Program-made: the position numbers and the translations under genes
In this document: in pieces, positions 25,675 through 33,080 of the stretch
How the letters are laid out: every line of letters starts with the position of its first letter
How positions within the stretch are numbered: position 1 is the first letter of the stretch
From: an uncultured Methanospirillum sp.
GTDB taxonomy: Archaea; Halobacteriota; Methanomicrobia; Methanomicrobiales; Methanospirillaceae
Direction of reading: 5' to 3'
DNA: 33,080 bases
Assembly (NCBI GenBank): GCA_964637135.1
Contig: CAZWTX010000029.1
Span: 1 to 33,080 of the forward strand
Notes under the pieces: model-generated
Seen by the model: only the letters and a program-made list of their open reading frames with translations
What the model was told of the DNA's origin: nothing
Database searches by the model: none

Positions 25675-26777
25675 CCGTCATCGGTGGGGACGGTATCGGG
25701 CCTGAGATCATCAGCGCCGGCCGGACTGTCATCGATGCCGCCGGGGAAAAGTTCGGGTTTGATATCGAATGGACCGACTTTGACATCGGGGCCGAGCGGT
25801 ACCTGAAGACGGGAGAACTTGTCAGCGAGGATGAGATCGACGAACTCGGTGCGTTTCCGGCGATCTACTTCGGAGCAATCGGTGATGACCGGGTCACCCC
25901 CGGTATCCTTGAGAAGGGGATCCTCCTGGCGATACGGTTTGCATTCGACCAGTATGTGAACCTCCGCCCGGTGAAAATGCTCCCCGGTGTCGAGACCCCG
26001 CTTGCAAACAAATCCCCGGAAGATATCGACTTTCTCGTGGTGAGGGAGAATACCGAGGACTTCTATGTCGGGATCGGATCACGCCTGAAAGGAAAAGAAC
26101 ACAAGGAACTCGAGGTGATCCGGGATCTCTATACTGTGAAATTCGGGGTGGACGTTGAGTCTGATGCCGAGGAACTGGCGTACCAGATCGGGGTCACCAC
26201 GAGGGAGGGATCCCGCCGGGTGATCACGTATGCATTTGAACAGGCAATGAAACGGGACAATAAAGTAAGTTCGGTTGATAAAGCAAATGTCCTCTCCGAT
26301 GTTTACGGCCTGTGGCGCGATGTCTTCCGGGACGTTGCTGCCGGGTACCCGTCGGTCACGACTGAGTTCACCTTTGTTGATGCGATCACGATGTGGTTCG
26401 TGAAAAACCCGGAGTGGTTTGACGTCGTGGTCAGTCCGAACATGTTCGGGGACATCATCACCGATCTCGGCGCTATGATCCAGGGCGGGCTCGGGCTTGC
26501 TCCCGGGGGGAATATCAACCCGATGGGAACTTCCATGTTTGAGCCGATCCATGGTTCTGCCCCGAAGTACAAGGGACTGAATGTTGCCAATCCGCTCGCA
26601 ACCATCTGGGCCGGATCCCTCCTGCTCGACCATCTGGGAGAACGCGATGCAGCGGCACGTATTCTTGACGGAATCGGAGCGTCCATCAATGCCGGTTATG
26701 TAACAAAAGACATGGGCGGCCAGGCTTCCACAAGCGGGGTCGGCGACTGGATCGCTGACTGGATCAGAAAGACCTGA
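25662..26777 (+). CDS. leuB: 3-isopropylmalate dehydrogenase
   Basis: GDGIGPEI, VNLRP, RENTED, DKANVL, NMFGDIITD and FEPIHGSAP motifs, plus operon context. Confidence 0.9.
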   Translation: MHKVAVIGGDGIGPEIISAGRTVIDAAGEKFGFDIEWTDFDIGAERYLKTGELVSEDEIDELGAFPAIYFGAIGDDRVTPGILEKGILLAIRFAFDQYVNLRPVKMLPGVETPLANKSPEDIDFLVVRENTEDFYVGIGSRLKGKEHKELEVIRDLYTVKFGVDVESDAEELAYQIGVTTREGSRRVITYAFEQAMKRDNKVSSVDKANVLSDVYGLWRDVFRDVAAGYPSVTTEFTFVDAITMWFVKNPEWFDVVVSPNMFGDIITDLGAMIQGGLGLAPGGNINPMGTSMFEPIHGSAPKYKGLNVANPLATIWAGSLLLDHLGERDAAARILDGIGASINAGYVTKDMGGQASTSGVGDWIADWIRKT

Positions 26778-26780
26778 ATC

Positions 26781-26789
26781 TTTTTTTTT
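26781..26789 (+). terminator. Oligo-T terminator of the leu operon
   Basis: Run of 9 T immediately after the leuB stop. Confidence 0.65.
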
Positions 26790-26830
26790 ATAAGTCCTGT
26801 CTGTAAATCCAGACATTAATCAAAATAAGA

Positions 26831-26915
26831 CGCTAAGGGGGAGAGTTGAACTCCCGAGGGGACAGGCCCCACAAGATTTCCAATCTTGCGCCTTACCAGG
26901 CTAGACTACCTCAGC
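26831..26915 (-). tRNA. tRNA-Ser (GGA)
   Basis: Reverse complement GCTGAGG...CAAGA-TT-GGA-AA-TCTTG, long variable arm GGGGCCTGTCCCC, T-arm GGGAG-TTCAACT-CTCCC, then CCTTAGC-G. Confidence 0.96.
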
Positions 26916-26952
26916 AGAAAAGATTGCCTTATTCTATTGGATGAATTCAGGT

Positions 26953-27891
26953 TTAAGGATTCCCTTTTCCTGATGGATGTTCGATCCCCTTCCAGATGGA
27001 CGGATAGGCATCTGTTTCCGGGAATACCAGCCGTGGAGAAAGGACAAGTGCCTTGTCTCCGGGTGAGAAGCGTGATGCACTCATCAGGGCCTCGCCAACC
27101 GCGATGAGATCCCCGCCCGTGGTCTTCACGACCACGAGTTCGTTCATCTGGAACGATCCCTTCTCAACAATTCCCCGGGCAGAAAGCCTGGCACCATGGC
27201 ATATTGCTCCTGCAGCGGTCTCTTTTATGGTAATCACCGGCATGTCGCTGATGGCATCAAGCGGGGGGAGAACCATGGCATCAAAACGCTCCCGGTCGCC
27301 TTCCCTGGCGGCTTCAGCGGCATCGCGCAGATCATGGAGGGTATGGCACTGTGTTTCTGTGAACGGGCCCGAACGGGAACGTCTCAGTTCTGCCATGTGC
27401 CCTCCGACCCCGAGTGCCATCCCGAGGTGAACACAGAGCGACCGGATGTACGTACCTGAATCGCACCTGACCCTGAGCAGGACATCCCGTTTCGTGCGGT
27501 CAAGCAGGCTTAGATCCAGGATTTCCCGGATACGAAGCGCCCTTTTTACAGCACTCCTTCTGGGCGGACGCTGGTATATCCTCCCGGTGAACCGGGAGAT
27601 GACTTCGGTGAGCTCCTTGTCAGTCACATCCCCGTGCAGCCTGAGCAGGGCAATGTATTCCTTCTCATCCTGATGCATGATCGTGGTCAGCCTGACGGCT
27701 TTCCCGAGCAGGATGACGAGAACACCGGAAACCTGGGGATCAAGCGTTCCGGTATGACCGACACTCGAAACGCCGGTCATCTCCCTGACCCATGCGGCAA
27801 CCTGGTGAGAGGTCGGTCCTCTCGGTTTATCGATCAGGATGATGGCTCCCGGGCTGTGCGGAATAAGGGGCTGTACAGATGGTGTTGTCAT
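26953..27891 (-). CDS. cbf5: H/ACA RNA-guided pseudouridine synthase Cbf5 (TruB family)
   Basis: DKPRGPTSHQV, GHTGTLDPQVSG (catalytic Asp), IYQRPPRRSAVKR, GTYIRSLC, and a PUA domain. Confidence 0.95.
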   Translation of the reverse strand: MTTPSVQPLIPHSPGAIILIDKPRGPTSHQVAAWVREMTGVSSVGHTGTLDPQVSGVLVILLGKAVRLTTIMHQDEKEYIALLRLHGDVTDKELTEVISRFTGRIYQRPPRRSAVKRALRIREILDLSLLDRTKRDVLLRVRCDSGTYIRSLCVHLGMALGVGGHMAELRRSRSGPFTETQCHTLHDLRDAAEAAREGDRERFDAMVLPPLDAISDMPVITIKETAAGAICHGARLSARGIVEKGSFQMNELVVVKTTGGDLIAVGEALMSASRFSPGDKALVLSPRLVFPETDAYPSIWKGIEHPSGKGNP

Positions 27892-28580
27892 CAGGAATTC
27901 ATGAGGAGGTAGAGATTGAGTTCGTCGAGGGTTCCTTCAAGGGATCCGTCCCCGATGACATCGGGAAATAGTCCGGCCAGTTCCATCACCTCTGCCGTCA
28001 CGTCTCCGATTGCCATCAGGACAAGATCTTCACGCCGTTTCCATATTGACGATTTGAACGAAAGAGCACTGGTAAAGAGGATCCCTTCTGCCCCGGTGAG
28101 GTCAAGCTCTTCGTATGTCGGGATGAGGGCATAAATCTGGAATTCTGTCGGCTCTCCCCCTGCGTCCCGTATCCCGTCAAGGAGTCTGTCGTTCGGGGCA
28201 TCGGAGCGTGGGATGCCTATCTTCTTCCCTGATATCCATTCTCCGAGATACGGAACAAATGCACGGGAGTAGAATTCAGGAAGAACTTCGCAGGGAACCC
28301 CGTACTCCCTGAGGGCCTTCGCGGTCTGCGGCCCGATGGCAATCACCCGCGGGAGCGGTGCATCATGGAGGAGGGGTCCGATCCTGGCTGCAGGCAGGGC
28401 ACTGGTGAAGAAAATACAATCGAATGCCTTTTCCCGGACCCTCTCCATGAAGGCATCAATCTGTTCCTGGTTCATATTTCCGCTCAGGGGAGAAACCGCG
28501 TAACAATCGTGCCCTCTTCTCAGACACCTCTCCCGGTCATCCTGTTCCTTTCCCGCAAGACGTGTTATCGCGATCTTCAT
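27891..28580 (-). CDS. hemD: Uroporphyrinogen-III synthase
   Basis: IAITR, IFFTSA, AIGPQTAKAL, LFTSA and AIGDVTA: the duplicated HemD motifs. Confidence 0.9.
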   Translation of the reverse strand: MKIAITRLAGKEQDDRERCLRRGHDCYAVSPLSGNMNQEQIDAFMERVREKAFDCIFFTSALPAARIGPLLHDAPLPRVIAIGPQTAKALREYGVPCEVLPEFYSRAFVPYLGEWISGKKIGIPRSDAPNDRLLDGIRDAGGEPTEFQIYALIPTYEELDLTGAEGILFTSALSFKSSIWKRREDLVLMAIGDVTAEVMELAGLFPDVIGDGSLEGTLDELNLYLLMNS

Positions 28581-28656
28581 TTCTCCCTCCAGGTGGCCTG
28601 CAGGCCGTATGCGGTTATTTTATGCTCTTCATACACTTAAATCCTTAAGAAAACTG

Positions 28657-29871
28657 GTGATTTCTGTAATGGTGGGAATGGGATTCGGGATACTGTGCGG
28701 ATTAGCCAGTGGTCTTCTCCCGGGTATTCATACCAATACCATGGCAGTTCTCCTGGCAGGATGGTCTTTCTGGCTTCTCCCGGTTATCGGACCGGCAGGG
28801 ATCGCTGCAGCCCTCGTATCCACCCTGATAACCCATTCGTTCATAGAGATCATCCCTGCGGCCTTCCTTGGTGTGCCGGAGGACGGGACTGCCCTTTCGG
28901 TCCTTCCTGCCCATGCACTGACTCTTGCCGGGAAGGGCGAAGAAGCAATCCGCATATCCGCTCTTGGAAGCCTGCTCGGGATCGTGGCAGGAATTCCCCT
29001 TTCCCTGGGTGCATATCTTCTTCTTCCCGGGATCCAGGGTCTGATCGACTGGTGGACCGGCCTGCTTCTGGTACTGATCCTTGGATTCTTTATTGTGTGT
29101 AGCGGGAGTCCCGGATGGTCACTCGGATTGTTTCTCGTATCAGGGATGCTCGGGCTCTTTGCGTTCCGGTATGAATACCTCGTCTGGCATGGAACCGGTG
29201 ACGGGGCCGTTCTTATGCCGCTCCTGACCGGAATGTTCGGGCTGCCGCTTCTCCTTCTCGCAACAGAGGGGGTGATCCCCCGCCAGCTCCATACCGTGCC
29301 TTCCCTTCATCTGAAGGATATTACCGCCGGAACCATCTCCGGTACCGCTGCAGGACTGATCGTCGGCTGGCTGCCCGGTCTCTCGAATGCCACAGCGAAC
29401 GGGGTCATTGCTTCCTTTATCCCGGAAGAAGACGGGGGAAGGCGGTTTCTTCTCGCAACGGGGGCAGCAGCCTCTGCCAATGCGGTGATGGGAATTGCTG
29501 CCCTGTATGGTATCGGCAGGATGCGGAGCGGAGTGATGGCAGCCCTCGCTGCTGTTGAACACCCCTCCCTTCTCCTGATCCTGACAATTCTTGCTGCATC
29601 CGGAGCGATAGCATACCTGTTGGCAGTCGGGCTGTCCCGGTATGCCTCCTGTCTCTCCGGGGTGAATGCCCGTCTGCTCAGTCATATTGTTTTCATCGCA
29701 CTCGTGGTGCTCTGCGGGGCCCTGACCGGTCCGTTCGGGGCAGGGATTCTCTTTCTCTCAATGCTGATCGGGCTGGTACCGGAACTGGTCCAGGTCTCCC
29801 GGGTGAGTTGTATCGGCGTGGTGACGATCCCGGTTATCCTGTATTCATTCGGGATTGGAGGAATTTCATGA
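28657..29871 (+). CDS. TctA-like/DUF112 polytopic membrane protein
   Basis: SGLLPGIHTN, IPAAFLGVP...LSVLPAH...G.G.EA, PLLTGMFG and GWLPGLS motifs. Start GTG 28657 or ATG 28669. Confidence 0.85.
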   Translation: MISVMVGMGFGILCGLASGLLPGIHTNTMAVLLAGWSFWLLPVIGPAGIAAALVSTLITHSFIEIIPAAFLGVPEDGTALSVLPAHALTLAGKGEEAIRISALGSLLGIVAGIPLSLGAYLLLPGIQGLIDWWTGLLLVLILGFFIVCSGSPGWSLGLFLVSGMLGLFAFRYEYLVWHGTGDGAVLMPLLTGMFGLPLLLLATEGVIPRQLHTVPSLHLKDITAGTISGTAAGLIVGWLPGLSNATANGVIASFIPEEDGGRRFLLATGAAASANAVMGIAALYGIGRMRSGVMAALAAVEHPSLLLILTILAASGAIAYLLAVGLSRYASCLSGVNARLLSHIVFIALVVLCGALTGPFGAGILFLSMLIGLVPELVQVSRVSCIGVVTIPVILYSFGIGGIS

Positions 29872-30731
29872 ACCCCGATCAACAGGATGAAACCCCGGAT
29901 TGCCGGTACTGGTTCGGCGATCTCACCGGTGGAGAGGTCATATCGGCCGGCCGGGATCCCGAGATTCTTGCAGAACGTGCCGGTGCGATTATCGATTCAA
30001 AGACGGGGAGTTCCCCTGACGGGAACTGTGCGATCCGATCAGGCCTGGTATCAGACCGTGCAGAATACCTCTCTCTCCTGAGAGATGTGTGTATTGCACA
30101 CGCCAAGAACCGGCTTGCCGTGATCGGCGATCCCCGGGAGCGTGAACTTATCCACCTGGTCAGAATCCTTGCGGATATTGATGATTTGACCGGAACCCTC
30201 CAGGATCACATTGCCGATTATTTCAGGGGATTTCATCACACCTCTCTTTCCCCGGGTGAACCCGGAGTGGGGATGCCGACAGAGCCGGCACCAGGGATAT
30301 CCTTTCTTACAACCGGAATTGAGAGGATGAAACAGGCCAGAAAAACGGTTTCTGAGGATATCCGTGTGAGAGCAGAGATTCTTCTCCCGAACACATCTGC
30401 ACTTGCCGGCCCCCTTGTTGCTGCCCGGATGCTGGAACGTTCCGGCAGCCTGATGCGTCTTTCCCGCCTTTCAGCATCATCCATCCAGGTTCTGGGTGCG
30501 GAAACGGCACTCTTCTCCCATCTGACCCGCAGTTCTCCATCTCCCAAACATGGAATCATATATCAGCATAAACGGATTCATGTAGCCCCGAAACGCCGGC
30601 GTGGACGGGTATCGCGGGTCTTTGCGTGCAGGATGGCCATTGCAGCACGGATTGACTATTATCGGAAAGAACGCGATGATGTCTTCATTGCTGATGCCGA
30701 TGCACGGATCCGCAGGGCTGGTGAGCGGTGA
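29868..30731 (+). CDS. nop5: Nop5 (Nop56/58 family) box C/D sRNP scaffold protein
   Basis: LPNTSALAGPLVAARM, ASSIQVLGAETALF, SPKHGIIY and RGRVSR...IAARID Nop-domain motifs. ATGA overlap with the upstream gene. Confidence 0.9.
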   Translation: MNPDQQDETPDCRYWFGDLTGGEVISAGRDPEILAERAGAIIDSKTGSSPDGNCAIRSGLVSDRAEYLSLLRDVCIAHAKNRLAVIGDPRERELIHLVRILADIDDLTGTLQDHIADYFRGFHHTSLSPGEPGVGMPTEPAPGISFLTTGIERMKQARKTVSEDIRVRAEILLPNTSALAGPLVAARMLERSGSLMRLSRLSASSIQVLGAETALFSHLTRSSPSPKHGIIYQHKRIHVAPKRRRGRVSRVFACRMAIAARIDYYRKERDDVFIADADARIRRAGER

Positions 30732-31348
30732 TGATCTGGAATGACGGGGTGCTGGTCACTCCCGGACGTGCGGACCGGCGGGATCACCTCGTCAGGGGGA
30801 TGCGGGTCTGGCCGCCGGAACGAAGTAAACTGGGTGCATTCTGCTACCTAGGGGGGGATCCCGGGCTCAGCCCCGGGATGAAGGTCCTGTATCTTGGTGC
30901 TGCTGCAGGAACAACCGTCTCCTATCTCGCCGATTACGTTGAAGTGGTATACGCGGTGGAGTTTGCTGCAGATCCCTTCAGGCAGATGATCAGGCTTGCC
31001 GAACGGAGGACGAATATCATTCCGTTTCTGGCCGATGCGAGGAGCCCGGAACAGTACGATATCTTCATTGAACCGGTGGATCTCATCTGCCAGGATATTG
31101 CCCAGCGTGACCAGGCCGCCATCCTGATCCGGAATCTTCACCTCCTCGTACCGGGAGGGCGGTTCATCCTGATGCTCAAGGTCAGGAGCATCTCGGCAAC
31201 CGCGACCCGTGAAGAAGTGGTCAGCGGGGTAACGGATATCCTCGCCGGCTGCGGGGTACCTGATATCACTACAACGATTCTGGAGCCGTATTATCCCCAG
31301 CACGTGGCAATATCCGGGGTTGTTTCTCCCGGGGGGGTCAAGCCATGA
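30728..31348 (+). CDS. flpA: Fibrillarin-like rRNA/tRNA 2'-O-methyltransferase
   Basis: RVWPPERSKL, VLYLGAAAGTTVSY, YAVEF, NIIPFLADA, QDIAQRDQA and LKVRSI motifs. Confidence 0.94.
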   Translation: MMIWNDGVLVTPGRADRRDHLVRGMRVWPPERSKLGAFCYLGGDPGLSPGMKVLYLGAAAGTTVSYLADYVEVVYAVEFAADPFRQMIRLAERRTNIIPFLADARSPEQYDIFIEPVDLICQDIAQRDQAAILIRNLHLLVPGGRFILMLKVRSISATATREEVVSGVTDILAGCGVPDITTTILEPYYPQHVAISGVVSPGGVKP

Positions 31349-31413
31349 ACCCGGTAGGTCATATGCTCCGGTAGAAAAGGTCCCCTGTTCTCCCCGTTTC
31401 ATGGAAAAAACGA

Positions 31414-31486
31414 TAGCCCGAAGCAGATTCGAACTGCTGTCACAAGGTCCAGAGCCTTGTATGATTGACCTCTACACTATCGGGCT
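31414..31486 (-). tRNA. tRNA-Gln (CTG)
   Basis: Reverse complement AGCCCGA...CAAGG-CT-CTG-GA-CCTTG...TTCGAAT...TCGGGCT-A, with the A1-U72 pair typical of archaeal tRNA-Gln. Confidence 0.96.
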
Positions 31487-31690
31487 GTGTGCCTCCATAT
31501 GTTGGCAACTTCAGTACATTAAGGTTACTCTTTCCCGGACTCCCGTGCCGGTTGCGCGATCCCCGGCCGGGAGGAACCCCTGTTCGGGACCGGTACCGGA
31601 TAGACATGGGGATGTGATCCCTCAAAGCTCATCATCTCCCATAAAATGAAAAAAAAGGCATGGTACACCATTTGTTTTTACCCTGCGCAA

Positions 31691-31707
31691 CCAAAAAGGA
31701 TATATTA
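31691..31707 (+). promoter_or_regulatory. BRE/TATA promoter of the S-layer-like gene
   Basis: CCAAAAAGGA-TATATTA about 20-25 nt upstream of the first UTR hairpin. Confidence 0.55.
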
Positions 31708-31727
31708 GGCATTTCACAAATATCTAG

Positions 31728-31841
31728 TCATACTTCGATTTCTCGGAGTATGATGCATGAATCCGGTGAGCAGTCGGAAAATAACAATCGACTGTCGGCG
31801 GACGCATGCAATTCGAACATGGATTGTTCGGAGGACATGTA
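31728..31841 (+). promoter_or_regulatory. Structured 5'UTR (three stem-loops plus GGAGG SD)
   Basis: Stems at 31728-31753, 31754-31810 (nested) and 31812-31832. SD GGAGG at 31830-31834. Confidence 0.65.
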
Positions 31842-33080
31842 ATGAACGCACGATTTGCAGTAGTCATGATGGTGCTCGTTGCACTTGCATTCATGGCCCT
31901 GCCGGCATCTGCCGCTATCAACAAGATCAACCAGGGTGGAGAAGTCTTCCTTGGTGAGAAGGATCTTGATATCAGTGCAGCAGCCGGTGGCGCTTCCCAG
32001 ATTGCATGGTGGCAGCCGGGTACCAACACAGAAACCGAGCAGCCGGCTGATATTCAGACGGTTACCAATGCCAAGGCATTCTACGTTTCACCTGACATCT
32101 TTGTCGGTAAGACCGGCAACTGGTATCAGTGGAACGGCAGTGTCAAGGGCGCAATTGTCTTCAACGTCAAGGAACCCTCCCTGAACCTCAAGATCTGGGA
32201 CGGATCCGTCAACGAGGACATTACCGGCAAGGCAATTCCGGTTGGTAACTATGCCAACTTCGTTGTCGAGACCAACATGCAGAGCATCGTTACCCGTCCG
32301 GGCTTCGTTGCATCTGATGCACCCTTCAAGATCAAGGTAAAAACCGCCGACGGTGGTGTCCTTGAGGGTCTTGTTGGTAACAACGGTAAAGAGTGGCCCC
32401 TGACCAATCTGAAGGTCAACGAGCAGCTCTGGTACTGGGTCGGTGTCGGAAACGACAACACCAAGCCGGCTAACAACGACGGATGGAACACTGCTGCCGA
32501 GGACAAGTACGGAAACCGTGTCTACAAGGCCGGTGTCTACACTGTCTGGGCAGAGTGTAATGCAAACGGAATGAAGGATCAGTATACCGCACCAGATGGT
32601 TCTGACTACACCGGGAAGACTATCTCTGCAGTCAAGAGTGTCACGATCGCCACCGACCAGGTGAAGATCGAAGCAAACAAAGACACTGTTGTCCGTGGCA
32701 ACCCCTTCTCTGTCACCGTCACTGGTGTACCAAATGCTGACTACTACCTCTGGATGAAAGGCACTGCCTCTATGTCAGGCCAGCCTGACGACCAGCCACC
32801 AATGATCCTGTCTGTTCAGGACAAGGTGAGCCAGGACGATCCAGCCGGTCCGTACGAGATCGGTAAGTACCAGTTTGAGGGTGGCGCAGGGAAGAGCATC
32901 AAGCAAGATGTCCCCGATGACCCTGATTACCATGGAACCAAGTTCTACGCAATGCTTACGCTGAGTTCCAGTGGTACCAGAACTGTTGAGTGGAAGACCT
33001 CCAAAGACACCAAGGACAAGAAGTACACGGTTCGTGTCGAGCGCAAGTCCGGCAACCAGTACAAGTCCGATGAAGTCGAT
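31842..33080 (+). CDS. S-layer/cell-surface glycoprotein with DUF3821-like N-terminal domain (partial, runs off the window end)
   Basis: Not in the ORF track because there is no stop in the window. MNARFAVVMMVLVALAFMALPASA signal peptide, then AINKINQGGEVFLGEKDLDIS...IAWW...FYVSPDIFVGKTGNWYQW...FNVKEPSLNLKIWD. Visibly biased, high-expression-type codon usage. Confidence 0.88.
   Translation, partial: MNARFAVVMMVLVALAFMALPASAAINKINQGGEVFLGEKDLDISAAAGGASQIAWWQPGTNTETEQPADIQTVTNAKAFYVSPDIFVGKTGNWYQWNGSVKGAIVFNVKEPSLNLKIWDGSVNEDITGKAIPVGNYANFVVETNMQSIVTRPGFVASDAPFKIKVKTADGGVLEGLVGNNGKEWPLTNLKVNEQLWYWVGVGNDNTKPANNDGWNTAAEDKYGNRVYKAGVYTVWAECNANGMKDQYTAPDGSDYTGKTISAVKSVTIATDQVKIEANKDTVVRGNPFSVTVTGVPNADYYLWMKGTASMSGQPDDQPPMILSVQDKVSQDDPAGPYEIGKYQFEGGAGKSIKQDVPDDPDYHGTKFYAMLTLSSSGTRTVEWKTSKDTKDKKYTVRVERKSGNQYKSDEVD

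Noticed and set aside
6269..31486. tRNA genes as possible integration sites of a provirus or island
   Set aside because: No integrase, transposase, duplicated tRNA 3' end or compositional shift seen. Flanking genes are housekeeping or ordinary-looking.
31595..31645. Imperfect hairpin with a minus-strand ATGATGA (C-box-like), near the nop5/fibrillarin genes, as a possible C/D or H/ACA guide RNA
   Set aside because: I found no properly spaced CTGA D box or terminal ACA, so it cannot be supported without an snoscan or covariance search.
31320..31842. ORFs 31320-31649, 31440-31625 and 31660-31842
   Set aside because: They overlap tRNA-Gln, promoter or structured UTR sequence and have no protein-like features.
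1..33080. CRISPR array or tandem repeats
   Set aside because: No regularly spaced direct repeats seen by eye, and the intergenic gaps are too short to hold an array.

Overview
GC-rich core-genome window from a methanogenic archaeon, most likely Methanomicrobiales (inferred from gene content: TRAM-extended aIF-2beta, MfnE-like kinase, DUF3821-type S-layer protein). It is densely coding housekeeping DNA. In order: partial purL, aIF-2beta, rpoL, an MBL-hydrolase/AAA-ATPase pair, map, an M24 peptidase, a Zn-finger methyltransferase, SRP RNA, mdh, aEF-1beta plus a 53-aa Zn-ribbon protein, a secreted PLD-family protein, a thioredoxin-like/CcdA pair, a GntP-like permease, nadX-nadA-nadC, a tRNA methylthiotransferase, iorAB, leuA-C-D-B, cbf5, hemD, DUF112-nop5-fibrillarin, and the 5' part of an S-layer gene. 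Five tRNAs are dispersed among them: Asn-GTT, Ile2-CAT, Ile-GAT, Ser-GGA and Gln-CTG. I saw no mobile elements, CRISPR arrays or defence islands. The most intriguing unexplained structure is the leuA leader. A probably leaderless 26-codon uORF overlaps leuA, which lies in its +1 frame. The uORF's only Leu codon sits directly after a UUU-C shift-prone site, and the leuA AUG has no SD and is buried in a hairpin. This suggests leucine-sensing translational control, possibly +1 frameshifting (inference only). A three-hairpin 5'UTR precedes the S-layer gene. All product calls come from motif recognition, not database searches.
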